DNA of 64,000 nucleotides from an uncultured Clostridia bacterium (GTDB lineage Bacteria; Bacillota; Clostridia; TANB77; CAG-508): NCBI GenBank assembly GCA_944391965.1, contig CALXVH010000005.1:4131-68130 (forward strand). Direction: 5' to 3'. A program made the translations under genes and the position numbers. Under the pieces are notes generated by a model. It saw only the letters and a list, made by a program, of their open reading frames with translations, had not been told where the DNA came from and ran no database searches. Of the stretch, positions 9,419 to 19,590 are shown piece after piece; position 1 is the first letter of the stretch, and every line of letters begins with the position of its first letter.

Positions 9419-9616
9419 CTATTTTAAGATTTTTTCTTCTGCAAATTTTGTTAATTCCATATCACATCTTAGCATTTGTGTTATAATTTGTTCTTTTAGT
9501 TCATTATCTTTTATTTGTTCTGTCAAATCCATAAATCTAGTTAATTCTTTTAAATATTGTTTATTTTCAAATTTCCAATTATGATTCTCTTCTATCGTGT
9601 TTTTCATCGTCATCAA
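9419..9616 (-). CDS. Hypothetical 65-aa protein
   Basis: Co-oriented ORF upstream of the tauE pair with normal composition. Confidence 0.55.
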   Translation of the reverse strand: MMTMKNTIEENHNWKFENKQYLKELTRFMDLTEQIKDNELKEQIITQMLRCDMELTKFAEEKILK

Positions 9617-9705
9617 TCCTTTGATTAATTATAATCTATTAGTTAAAATAAGTAAAGAATTATAGCGACATGATTAAATTTTATTCTTTCATGTCGCTTA
9701 TATAA

Positions 9706-10947
9706 TTATTCTATATTTTCATCTTTTATATAATATTTTGTTCCTAACATTTTATCTGGCAAATACTGTTGCTCTACATAATGACCTGGGAAATCGTGTG
9801 GATATAAGTATCCTTCATGATAACCTAATGCTTCCATTCCCTCTACTGGAGCATTTCTAATATGCATTGGTATCTCACCAGTATCTTTATTAGCAACATC
9901 ATTCAATGCTCTATTTATTGCTAAATATGATGCATTAGATTTCTTAGAAGTTGCTACATATACTGCAGCTTCTGCTAAAATTATTCTTGCCTCTGGCATA
10001 CCAATCATATGTACTGCTTGCATGGCAGAAGTTGCCACAACTAGTGCATTTGGATTTGCCATACCAACATCTTCAGAAGCACATATTACTATTCTTCTTG
10101 CAAGAAAAACTGGATCTTCCCCACCGTTTAATGCTCTTGCTAAATAAAATATAGCTGCATCAGGGTCTGAACCTCGCATTGACTTTATAAATGCACTTAT
10201 ATTGTCATAGTGGCTATCTCCTTTTTTATCAAAAATAGCTTTTCTTTCTTGAACACATTCTTTTGCAACTTCATTTGTTATATGTATATATCCATCTGAT
10301 GATATTTCTGTAGTTAAAACAGCTACTTCTAGTCCATTTAATGCTGTTCTTACATCACCATTTGCAGTATCTGCTATTTTTTCTATTGTTTCATCAGATA
10401 TCTTAATATCGTAGCTTTTTAAGCCATCTTCTCTTTCTAAAGACATTTTTAATACTTTTATTATGTCTTGTTTAGTTAATGGGTTTAATTTGAATACCAT
10501 AGACCTAGAAATTAAAGCTTTATTTACTTCGAAATATGGATTCTCTGTTGTAGCTCCTATTAGTATAACTGTTCCATCTTCTACATATGGCAATAAAGCA
10601 TCTTGTTGTAATTTATTAAACCTATGGATCTCATCTATAAATAATATGCTCTTACCTTGTGGATTTAACATCATGTTTTTTGTTTCTTCTACCACTCTTT
10701 TTATATCTGAAACTCCTGCTGTAACTGCATTTATTTTATAGAATTTATACTTAGTTGTTTCACTTATTACTCTTGCAAGTGAAGTTTTACCACATCCTGG
10801 TGGTCCAAATAAAATTATACTTGATAATCTATCTGCTTTTATTGTTCTGTATAATATTTTATCTTTACCTAGAATATGTTCTTGTCCAACATATTCGTCC
10901 AATGTTTTTGGTCTCATTCTATATGCTAGTGGTTTGCTTAAGTCCAT
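9706..10947 (-). CDS. rarA: Replication-associated recombination protein A (AAA+)
   Basis: PLAYRMRPKTLDEYVGQ, GPPGCGKT, FIDEIHRFNK, SAFIKSMRGSDPDAA. Confidence 0.95.
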   Translation of the reverse strand: MDLSKPLAYRMRPKTLDEYVGQEHILGKDKILYRTIKADRLSSIILFGPPGCGKTSLARVISETTKYKFYKINAVTAGVSDIKRVVEETKNMMLNPQGKSILFIDEIHRFNKLQQDALLPYVEDGTVILIGATTENPYFEVNKALISRSMVFKLNPLTKQDIIKVLKMSLEREDGLKSYDIKISDETIEKIADTANGDVRTALNGLEVAVLTTEISSDGYIHITNEVAKECVQERKAIFDKKGDSHYDNISAFIKSMRGSDPDAAIFYLARALNGGEDPVFLARRIVICASEDVGMANPNALVVATSAMQAVHMIGMPEARIILAEAAVYVATSKKSNASYLAINRALNDVANKDTGEIPMHIRNAPVEGMEALGYHEGYLYPHDFPGHYVEQQYLPDKMLGTKYYIKDENIE

Positions 10948-10957
10948 CTATCTCACC

Positions 10958-11557
10958 TTACATTCCTAAAAAGCTTAATGCCTTCCTAATTATATCCTCA
11001 ACAGTTAGTGTATTAATATCTATTTTAGCTAATACACCTTCTATTTCTTGTCTTGTATATCCTAATACTTTTAATGCTTGAATAGCTTCTTCTAACTTAT
11101 TATCTCCTACAATGTTTGATGTAAGCTCTATATCTTTTGTTTGAATAGCCTCTTCTGTTTTTAATTTATCCTTTAGTTCTAATATTATTCTTTGTGCTGA
11201 TTTTGTTCCTATTCCTGGTACTTTTGTTAAAGTTTTGACATCGTTAGAAATTACTGCTAATGCAAATTGTGATGGTGTAATTGCAGATAACATTGTTATT
11301 GCAGATTTTGCACCAACTCCACTTACTCCTATTAATAATTCAAACATTCTTAATTCTTCATTTGTTATAAAACCATAAAGACTTAATTCATCTTCTTTTA
11401 CATTCATATAAGTATATATTTTTACCGTTTTGCCTGTATCTTCTAGTCTTTGTATAGCTGATTGTGACATAAATATCTTAAATCCTATCCCATTTACATC
11501 TACAACTATATAATTTAATGCTTTTACTTCTAAAGTTCCTTTTATATATGAAAACAT
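10958..11557 (-). CDS. ruvA: Holliday junction branch migration protein RuvA
   Basis: MFSYIKG, LIGVSGVGAKSA, VPGIGTKSAQRIILELKDK; start moved to the ATG after AAAGGAG. Confidence 0.95.
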   Translation of the reverse strand: MFSYIKGTLEVKALNYIVVDVNGIGFKIFMSQSAIQRLEDTGKTVKIYTYMNVKEDELSLYGFITNEELRMFELLIGVSGVGAKSAITMLSAITPSQFALAVISNDVKTLTKVPGIGTKSAQRIILELKDKLKTEEAIQTKDIELTSNIVGDNKLEEAIQALKVLGYTRQEIEGVLAKIDINTLTVEDIIRKALSFLGM

Positions 11558-11623
11558 ATCTTTCTCCTTTGCAAACAAATTTTCTCCTTCGGTATTATAT
11601 CACACATTTTCTTTTTTGCAATA

Positions 11624-11833
11624 TTATTCATCCTTTTTGTATTCTAATATATCTCCTGGCTCACAATTTAATACTTCACACAATTTATTTAATGTTGAAA
11701 ATCTTATAGCTTTTCCTTTATTTGTTTTTAGTATTGATAAATTAGCTGGTGTAATTCCTATTTTTTCTGCTAGTTCATTTGATGGCATTTTCCTTTTTGC
11801 CATAACTACGTCTAAATTTACTATTATAGACAT
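11624..11833 (-). CDS. XRE/YozG family HTH regulator
   Basis: LAEKIGITPANLSILKTNKGKAIRFSTL...CEPGDIL. Confidence 0.9.
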   Translation of the reverse strand: MSIIVNLDVVMAKRKMPSNELAEKIGITPANLSILKTNKGKAIRFSTLNKLCEVLNCEPGDILEYKKDE

Positions 11834-11847
11834 CTTATCACCGTCCT

Positions 11848-12360
11848 TTAAATTGTTAAATCATTCTCTTCCTTATGTCTTATTGCTTCTTTATAAATTT
11901 CTAAAAGCATAATAATTCCTATTCCTAGCACAACAAATATTAAGCCAATAAATGCTATAAACATACTAGAAAGCTGAGCATATGTTCTTATATATAAATC
12001 TTCTAATAAATCATCTCCTACTAAAAATTTGAATAATAGTGAAATTGCTATAAATAAAATTCCTGCAATAATAAATGACGCCCATATAATTTTTAATCTT
12101 TTAATATTCTTTTTATTAAAAGCATCTTCTTCCTCGAAAGTTTTAAATATCTTTATAAAATTATAAACAACTATTACTGCTGGTATTGCAGTTACCATGA
12201 ATAAATATAATATTATGTTTTTTGGTTCTTCTATAATATTAGCCTTTGTAATAATCGAAAAAGCAATTAAGGCAATCTCTAAAATTATTACTATTGCTAA
12301 AACTACTTTAAGACCAATTTTTACTCCTGCTGATAAACTATTTTTTCCTAATATCTTCAT
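11848..12360 (-). CDS. DUF2975 family membrane protein
   Basis: Four TM segments, C-terminal AIRHKEENDLTI; usual partner of YozG. Confidence 0.85.
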   Translation of the reverse strand: MKILGKNSLSAGVKIGLKVVLAIVIILEIALIAFSIITKANIIEEPKNIILYLFMVTAIPAVIVVYNFIKIFKTFEEEDAFNKKNIKRLKIIWASFIIAGILFIAISLLFKFLVGDDLLEDLYIRTYAQLSSMFIAFIGLIFVVLGIGIIMLLEIYKEAIRHKEENDLTI

Positions 12361-12525
12361 ACTTATTCCTCCTCGCTTTAATTATTATATTTAGAGTATT
12401 TTTGTTTGTCAATATTTTATTACTGTTACTCATAAATTCGTTTTCATAAATCTTTTCAAAAAAAATCTCGTAATTAAATACTTACGAGATTTTGTATCTT
12501 TTTCCCAATAAGAACAAGTTAAATA

Positions 12526-13249
12526 TTAAAACATATTTGGAAACTGTTTTACAATTCCGTCTACAAAATATTCAGACATTTTTAAAATTTCCCTTTGTAT
12601 TTTATCATAATCATTAATATCCTCTGCAAAGTTTCCTTTTAGCCTATTGTTTACTTCACTTGTTGTAAGTCTTAAATGTTCATATAACATATTTCTAACT
12701 TCGTTTTTCTTATAAAATGGATTTATGCTACTAAACGCCTCTGCCATCTCGTCAGCATTTCTATACCATTTATCATTTAGTTTTCTTGCTTCTTCTTGGT
12801 TATTATTTTTTAATGCAACAATTAAATCTTTTCCAATTGCTAAGTGTTCTGTTAATAAATTCTGAATCCTATTTGCTGCATTATTTCGATAGTATCTTCT
12901 AAATACATTTGCTATATCTCTTGGATTTTGTAGCAAACGAGTTTGTGTTGCATCTAAATCTTTTAAATCACTGGCTATACTTATTAAAAGCATTCGTGTC
13001 CACATAATATGTTGTTCCCATACTAAATTCATTTGTTTTAGTAACTCTACTTGTTTTTGGCTTATACATTCTCTATTATCTTGATTCCATCCGGGGTATA
13101 TTAGAATTCGTTGCCCTACTCTTAAATTATATATCCAATGCCATATTATTTTCCATTATTTTCTGTACAGTCGTTCCATATTGTGTTGCTAAATTATACA
13201 AAGTGTCACCCGGTTTTACAGTGTGTATAATAGGTTTCATATCATTCAT
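12526..13249 (-). pseudogene. LysM-domain protein fused to a helical domain (LWEQH..WTR family), split by a frameshift near 13127-13134
   Basis: RBS AGGAGG, ATG 13249, MNDMKPIIHTVKPGDTLYNLATQYGTTVQKI..LDI*. The other frame continues YNLRVGQRILIYPG... directly into ORF 12526..13032. Confidence 0.75.
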
Positions 13250-13359
13250 AAATTTATCTCCTCCTAATATAAAATATTAGAAATTTCTAAATTTGTTTAC
13301 AATTTTATTAAATTTATAACCTTTATTTCTCATTTACATATTATATATTAGGTGGTTTT

Positions 13360-14260
13360 ATGGTTGATTATTTGTATTTAAAAGATTCGCTTCATACATT
13401 TAGACAAAATTATAATTTTCTTAAAATTTTTTCTATCGGAAAAAGCGTTTTAAATAATGAAATATATTGTATAAAATTTGGTATAGGAAAAAAAGAAGTC
13501 TTGTATACTGCTGGAATCCATGCTAACGAATGGATAACATCTCTTCTTTTAATTAAATTTACTCATAATCTATGTAATGCATATGTTTCCAACACCCAAA
13601 TCTATGGGTATGATGCAAAATATTTATATGAAAATTTCTCTTTATACATAATTCCTATGATTAATCCTGATGGGATAAATTTAGTTAATAATTTCTACTC
13701 TACAGCTTCTGAAGTATATATCTCTGCACATAATATTGCAAAAAATTATCCTGATATTCCTTTTCCTTCTGGTTGGAAAGCTAATATTAATGGTGTGGAT
13801 TTAAACTCGCAATTTCCTGCTAATTGGGAACTAGGAAAAAAAATCAAATCTAATCTTGGATTTAATAAGCCTGCTCCAATAGATTTTGCAGGAGAATCAC
13901 CTCTCTCAGAGCCAGAATCACAATCCATGTATAATTTTACATTATTAAAAAACTTTTCTTTATGTTTGTGTTTTCATTCTCAAGGAGAAGTAATCTATTG
14001 GAAATACACCGATTTTTTACCGCCAAACTCTTTAGAACTTGCAAAAGAATTTGCTCATGTAAGTGGATATGAATTAGAAGACACTCCTTACACTTCCTCT
14101 TTTGGTGGTTTTAGAGATTGGTTTATAAAAAATTTTAACAAGCCTGGATTTACAATAGAGGTTCGGAAAAGGTGAAAATCCCTTACCTTTAGATCAATTT
14201 AGTAAAATATATCATGATAACTTAGGAATTCTAATAAAGGGATTAGGGGACGTTCCTTAA
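13360..14260 (+). pseudogene. M14 gamma-D-glutamyl-meso-DAP peptidase (YqgT-like), frameshifted at ~14164
   Basis: HANE, NPDG, GVDLN, FHSQG, TIEV. Removing C14164 gives GKGENPLPLDQF...GLGDVP*. Confidence 0.75.
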
Positions 14261-14266
14261 ATCCCG
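14238..14266 (+). repeat. REP-like repeat, copy 2
   Basis: AGGGATTAGGGGACGTTCCTTAAATCCCG. Confidence 0.85.
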
Positions 14267-14390
14267 ATTTATTGTATCAAAAAATAACCATTGAGTTTAT
14301 ATTTGAATTGATAAAATAAAAGTAGACTTTTGTGCTAACTTTTTATTGACAAGTTCAATTTATAGCTCTATGGTTATTTTTGATTAAACT

Positions 14391-15074
14391 TTAATTTTTC
14401 TTATTTCTAAAAGAATTATTTGAAATACGATATGAAATATAATACATTATTATAAGCAAACAAACTACTATTAATATTCCAAATCGTTGAAAAAATGAAT
14501 TAATAGCTTCTTCATTTATATTTATTCCTAAATTAGGTGCTAAATATGCAATTCCTAATGCTAATAATATTATTATAAAAAATAGTATAAACATCTGTAT
14601 TCTTCCTTTTTCTGCACCCCATTTATAAATACTTGGAATTTGTATTGCAAGTATTAAAGAAATTCCAAATATTCCTCCCATTGTTGTAAATATTAAGGAA
14701 TTGTAATCTATATTAATAATATTTTCTGTTCTTATATTATTTAAAATGTTAGTAAATATTGGAGTTATTATAAAACCTATTATTCCACCAATTAGTGCCA
14801 TAGAAATTACTAAAATATATTTTTCTAAGACAATTTCTTTTTTATTAACAGGTAAAGATAAAACATACTCGTCTGATTTTGCAAGTTCGTCATAACTAAA
14901 TGTTGATAAAGCTATCATTCCAAGCATAGTTGTCATGACTATTGGAATATATCTCCACATTTCTTCCCCTGCACTTCCTATTGCAAATACACATACAAGC
15001 ATTACTAATAGCGAAATCTTATAGCTACTTAAATTTAACAAATCCTTTTTTATTAAGCCACAAATTTCTTTCAC
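14391..15074 (-). CDS. ABC-2 transporter permease
   Basis: Six TM segments; FSYDE..SDEYVLSLPV.KKEIVLEKY. Confidence 0.85.
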   Translation of the reverse strand: MKEICGLIKKDLLNLSSYKISLLVMLVCVFAIGSAGEEMWRYIPIVMTTMLGMIALSTFSYDELAKSDEYVLSLPVNKKEIVLEKYILVISMALIGGIIGFIITPIFTNILNNIRTENIINIDYNSLIFTTMGGIFGISLILAIQIPSIYKWGAEKGRIQMFILFFIIILLALGIAYLAPNLGININEEAINSFFQRFGILIVVCLLIIMYYISYRISNNSFRNKKN

Positions 15075-15932
15075 TTATTTTTCCCCCTTTATATAAAATA
15101 ACATTATATCCTCGATTGATGCTTTATCTATCGTAGAAATTCCATATTTATTTTTTATTGTGTTTTTATTACTTACCAATACTTCATATTGATATTTTTC
15201 TTTTTTATAATACTCATAATCTTCTTTAGAGATTTTGCTAAAATCTTTTTCGTCACATTTAACAATACCATAATTTTCTAATATTTCTGATGTAGGTAGA
15301 TTAAGTGTTATTTCTCCATTTTTTATAAACATTATATAATCAGAAATATGTTCTAAATCTGTTGTTATATGTGTAGAAATAAGAATTGATCTTTTTTCAT
15401 CTTCTGCTATAAACTGTCTAAAAATATCTAAAATCTCATTTCTTACAACTGGATCTAAGCCACTGGTTGGCTCATCTAATATTAATATTTGAGGTTTGTG
15501 TGAGATTGCTGTAGCGATTTTTAATTTCATTTTCATTCCACTAGAAAAATCCTTAATCATTTTATTCTCCGGAAGCTTAAATAGTTTTATATAATTTTCG
15601 AAAAGCTCTTTATCCCAAGTATTATAAAAATTCTTCATTATTGAATTTATTTTTTTAGGAGTTAAATATTCTGATAAAAAACTGTCATCAAGAACTACAC
15701 CAAGTTTACTTTTTATCTCCTTTTCATTTTGCTTTATATCTTTTCCAAAAACTTGTATTTCACCATCTGACTTTATAATATTTAGGATTGACTTTATTGT
15801 TGTTGTTTTTCCTGCTCCATTTTCCCCTATTAATCCAACAATACTACCTTCTGGAATTTCAAAACTAATATTTTTTAATTCAAAGCCTTCATATTTCTTA
15901 TTTAAATTTTTAACTTTTATAGTTGCTTCCAT
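15075..15932 (-). CDS. ABC transporter ATP-binding protein
   Basis: GENGAGKTT, FSSGMKMK, ILDEPTSGLD, STH. Confidence 0.92.
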   Translation of the reverse strand: MEATIKVKNLNKKYEGFELKNISFEIPEGSIVGLIGENGAGKTTTIKSILNIIKSDGEIQVFGKDIKQNEKEIKSKLGVVLDDSFLSEYLTPKKINSIMKNFYNTWDKELFENYIKLFKLPENKMIKDFSSGMKMKLKIATAISHKPQILILDEPTSGLDPVVRNEILDIFRQFIAEDEKRSILISTHITTDLEHISDYIMFIKNGEITLNLPTSEILENYGIVKCDEKDFSKISKEDYEYYKKEKYQYEVLVSNKNTIKNKYGISTIDKASIEDIMLFYIKGEK

Positions 15933-16310
15933 TTATAAATCCTCCTCAAACATAATCTTTATTAAATTAACTACCTCTTCTTCGGTAATTCCATAAATTT
16001 TTGACAACTTAACAACTGTACTTATATTTTTTTCTATCTCTTTTAGTTTTTTTTCTCTTAATAGTTCCAAATTTTTAGGCAATACGTAACTGCCTTTACC
16101 TTGAACAGTTTTTATAAAACCCTCTGCTTCTAATTCATCATAAGCTTTTTTTACAGTTAAAAAACTTATTTTTAAATCATTTGCCAATGCTCTTACAGAA
16201 GGTAAATTCTCCTCTTCTTTTAATTCATTTGAATATATTGCTTGTTTAATTGCTTTTTTTATTTGTTCATAAATGGGTTCGCTACTACTATTACTAATAA
16301 TAATATTCAT
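15933..16310 (-). CDS. GntR (YtrA subfamily) regulator
   Basis: PIYEQI, LPSVRALA, TVKKAYDELE, GKGSYV. Confidence 0.92.
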   Translation of the reverse strand: MNIIISNSSSEPIYEQIKKAIKQAIYSNELKEEENLPSVRALANDLKISFLTVKKAYDELEAEGFIKTVQGKGSYVLPKNLELLREKKLKEIEKNISTVVKLSKIYGITEEEVVNLIKIMFEEDL

Positions 16311-16327
16311 TTTCTCCTCCTTTTCGA

Positions 16328-16368
16328 ACTGTTATATTTAATATATAACAGTATATAACAGTTGTCAA
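16328..16368 (-). promoter_or_regulatory. SigA promoter with overlapping probable GntR operator repeats
   Basis: TTGACA (16368-16363), 17 nt, TATATT; inverted repeat ACTGTTATAT-N5-ATATAACAGT plus a second direct ATATAACAGT. Confidence 0.75.
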
Positions 16369-16461
16369 TATATTTTTTAATTTTTGAAATGCCATTGATA
16401 TTAATAGCAATAAAAAAAGCCTACCTTATCAAGAAATAAAGTAAGCTTTTTATTTTATAAT

Positions 16462-16530
16462 CGGGATTTAAAGAACGTCCCCAAATCCCTACTGGGAAAA
16501 AAAGAACGTCCCCAAATCCCTAAAATCCCT
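16462..16530 (-). repeat. REP-like repeat, tandem copies 3-4 plus a fragment
   Basis: CGGGATTTAAAGAACGTCCCCAAATCCCT and GGGAAAAAAAGAACGTCCCCAAATCCCT. Confidence 0.85.
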
Positions 16531-16531
16531 A

Positions 16532-17683
16532 TTATTCTTTTGAGAATAATATTTTCTCTGATTTATATTGTTTTATGATATATGTTAATACAATAGATAT
16601 ATATATAATTGTTGAGACTACCATTAAAGCTATATTTAACCAATCTACATTCCCTGCACTTGTATCTGTAAATACTACTGTATAATTTATAAATGGTATT
16701 ATAGAAAGTAGTGGTGTTCCTGTTACACCTATCATAAATGCAATCATTCCTGGAAATAGTGATATAAATGTTAATGGTGTTAATGCACTTTGTGCTTCTT
16801 TAAATGTTTTTGAACTACTTGCAATAGCAATACATAATCCACTTATAAAGAATGAATATGCAATTATAATTATTACTGATAACACTATACTTATTGGACT
16901 AAACATTATATTTAACCCTTCATATATTGAAAATGCATTTTGTGCAATCGCAACAGATATGATTGCTAAAATTAAACTTATAATTCCTGTAAGAATTGAG
17001 GCGATTGTTACTGCTAAAAATTTTCCAACTATTATATCTCTACTTTTTATTGGAAATGTAAGTAATGTTTCTAATGTACCTCTCTCCCTTTCTCCTGCTG
17101 TTGTATCTGTTGCAGGATATGTTGCAGATACAGTTATTGCCATTATTATAAATACAAATGCATAATTTCTTATATAACTTACAAACATATTCTCTTCTTC
17201 TGTTATATTTTCTTCTACAGTTATAATATTTAGTACATCATTTGGATTTACGTTATTTTCTTGTAAATATCCACTTTGTAAATATTCTTTATATACATTA
17301 AAATAAGATTCCATTAAAGTTTTTGCATATGTGGTTACCTCTGAATCATTACCATTTATTATATATTTATTACCCTCTTTAGTTATGTACAAATCTATCT
17401 CATCATTTTCATATTTGTTTTTTAATTCATCAGTATTACCTTCGATAACTTCAATATCTAATTCTTTAGCAATATTTTTTTCCTCCTCGCTAAGTTCATA
17501 TGCAAAACCTATTTTATTATATTCTTCTATATCTTTGTTGGCCTGTACATCGAATAATGCAGACATTCCTAAAACTATTAAAGGTACAAATATAGGTATT
17601 ACTAACATCATAGATAATGACTTTTTATCTCTAAACATTTCTCTTAGTTCTTTTTTTAGGATATTCCATAAATTATTCTTCAT
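16532..17683 (-). CDS. NatB-like ABC transporter permease
   Basis: ILKKELREMFRDK; AGERERGTLETLLTFP; GKFL. Confidence 0.85.
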   Translation of the reverse strand: MKNNLWNILKKELREMFRDKKSLSMMLVIPIFVPLIVLGMSALFDVQANKDIEEYNKIGFAYELSEEEKNIAKELDIEVIEGNTDELKNKYENDEIDLYITKEGNKYIINGNDSEVTTYAKTLMESYFNVYKEYLQSGYLQENNVNPNDVLNIITVEENITEEENMFVSYIRNYAFVFIIMAITVSATYPATDTTAGERERGTLETLLTFPIKSRDIIVGKFLAVTIASILTGIISLILAIISVAIAQNAFSIYEGLNIMFSPISIVLSVIIIIAYSFFISGLCIAIASSSKTFKEAQSALTPLTFISLFPGMIAFMIGVTGTPLLSIIPFINYTVVFTDTSAGNVDWLNIALMVVSTIIYISIVLTYIIKQYKSEKILFSKE

Positions 17684-18431
17684 CAGAACCACCTCCAATC
17701 ATTGTAAAAAACGCATCTCTCAAATTAGTGGTTCCTGTTTCTTCTTTGATTTGTTTTGGTGTTCCTTGTTTTATTACAATACCTTTATTTATCATTATTA
17801 CTCTATCACAAATATTTTCTGCTTCTTCCATATAATGAGTTGAATACAATATGGTTTTTCCTTTAGCTTTTTCTTGTTTCATAAAGTCTAATATAATTTG
17901 GCTAGATATTATATCAAGCCCTGTTGTAGCTTCATCTAATATATAATATTTTGGATTATGCACTAAACATCTTGCAATATTTACTTTTTGTGTTTGCCCT
18001 GTTGACAAATTTCCTATCTTATTGTACAAAAAGTTTTCCATCTTTAAAATTTTTGTAATCTCTTGTATCCTTTTTTCTGCCTCTTCTTTTTGAACTCCAT
18101 ATATGTCACTACACATCTTTAACAACTCATATGCTGATAATGTATCATATAATTTTGTATTTCCTGATAAATATGCAATATTTTGCTTTATTTCTATTTC
18201 ATTATTCTTATAATTTAAATTATCAAATTTAATAATACCTTCTGTTGGTTCTAAAATTCCTGCAATCATTCGAAGTAATGTTGTTTTTCCAGCACCATTT
18301 GGTCCTAAAATTCCAATAATTTCGCCATCATTTGCTTCAAATGTTATTCCATTATCTGCATAAAATTCTTTTTTGATTTTCTTATTTTCATATCTTATAA
18401 ATTTCTTTTTTAAATTCTCAACCTTAATCAT
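17673..18431 (-). CDS. NatA-like ABC transporter ATP-binding protein
   Basis: GPNGAGKTT, LSTGQTQKV, ILDEATTGLD, STHYMEE. Confidence 0.9.
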   Translation of the reverse strand: MIKVENLKKKFIRYENKKIKKEFYADNGITFEANDGEIIGILGPNGAGKTTLLRMIAGILEPTEGIIKFDNLNYKNNEIEIKQNIAYLSGNTKLYDTLSAYELLKMCSDIYGVQKEEAEKRIQEITKILKMENFLYNKIGNLSTGQTQKVNIARCLVHNPKYYILDEATTGLDIISSQIILDFMKQEKAKGKTILYSTHYMEEAENICDRVIMINKGIVIKQGTPKQIKEETGTTNLRDAFFTMIGGGSDEE

Positions 18432-18447
18432 ACACTTCCCCTTTTAC

Positions 18448-19065
18448 CTAAATATTTAAATCATAAATTTTCCCTTCTTTAGCGTATTTTATTAATAGAT
18501 TAGCTTCAAATTCCACTAAATTTCTACCACTGTTATACACTTTTTCTGATAAAAACCAATTTTCTTTATCTGTAAATCCATCCCTAGCTGGAACTAGAAT
18601 ATAATCTATGTTTGCTTTATAATATTTTTTCATTATTGCCATACATCTTTTTAAGTGAAATTCTGACGAAATTAATATTACTTCTTGTATATTCTCTTGT
18701 AAATTATTCAATATATTAGCTACATTTATTCCATTTTCAATTGTTGAATTTGAAGAATTATCTATTATTAAATCCTGTAAGCTTACTCCATTTTTTACTA
18801 AGCTTTCTTTCATTAATTCTGCTTCAGGAACATCTTCATTGTTTTGGTTGCTAATCCCTCCTTTTCCACCTGTTAATATAAGTTTTTTTACTCTTCCTTC
18901 TTTATATAAGTTAGTAGCTTGCTCTATTCTATATTTTTGCAATGTATAACTTCCAAATACTATCCCATATTTAGCTGATTTACCACTATCTTTTATATTA
19001 GAAAAGACAATTTTTTCTATTTGGTTATCTGTTAGGTTTTCATTATTTATTTCAGATAATTTCAC
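18448..19065 (-). CDS. YdcF/DUF218 family protein
   Basis: LILTGG, EAELM, SNSTIEN, ISSEFHLKR. Confidence 0.85.
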   Translation of the reverse strand: MKLSEINNENLTDNQIEKIVFSNIKDSGKSAKYGIVFGSYTLQKYRIEQATNLYKEGRVKKLILTGGKGGISNQNNEDVPEAELMKESLVKNGVSLQDLIIDNSSNSTIENGINVANILNNLQENIQEVILISSEFHLKRCMAIMKKYYKANIDYILVPARDGFTDKENWFLSEKVYNSGRNLVEFEANLLIKYAKEGKIYDLNI

Positions 19066-19069
19066 AATA

Positions 19070-19588
19070 TTACTCCTTATTTCTAAATTTTATATATCTT
19101 TGTATTAAATCTTTATCCATTAAGTTTTGTGGTAAATTGTTTATATCAAAAAATTTTAGATTTCTTGATTCTTTTTGTAAAACAAAATTTGAATTATTGT
19201 TATCAGTAATTTCTGCATAATCACAATTTAATGTGCCTGTATAATTAGATACACAATACAGTACAGTATTATTATATACTTCATCACCGTTAGGATAACT
19301 ATTTTTTCTACTTTCGCCAGATATTACATCTATCAATACTAAATCTTCTTTATTAGCTTTTAAACCTGTTTCTTCGAATAATTCCCTTATTGCTACTTCT
19401 TCAAAAGTTTCACCTAATTCCTGAAGACCTCCTGGCAAGCACCAAATTTCTCTATCCACTTTTTCTTCTAGTAAAATTTCTTTTTCCTTATTTTCCACAA
19501 TTATTGCACTACCATTTTGAAACAAAGGCATATGTCTTAACTCTGGCTTTAATGCATTTCTTAATTTTAGAATATAACTTAATTCCAT
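19070..19588 (-). CDS. NUDIX hydrolase
   Basis: Nudix box GGLQELGETFEEVAIRELFEETG. Confidence 0.92.
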   Translation of the reverse strand: MELSYILKLRNALKPELRHMPLFQNGSAIIVENKEKEILLEEKVDREIWCLPGGLQELGETFEEVAIRELFEETGLKANKEDLVLIDVISGESRKNSYPNGDEVYNNTVLYCVSNYTGTLNCDYAEITDNNNSNFVLQKESRNLKFFDINNLPQNLMDKDLIQRYIKFRNKE

Positions 19589-19590
19589 TT

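Noticed and set aside
12526-13032. Calling this ORF acetylglutamate kinase, a label I recall for similar proteins
   Set aside because: No amino-acid-kinase motifs; it is the C-terminal part of a LysM protein.
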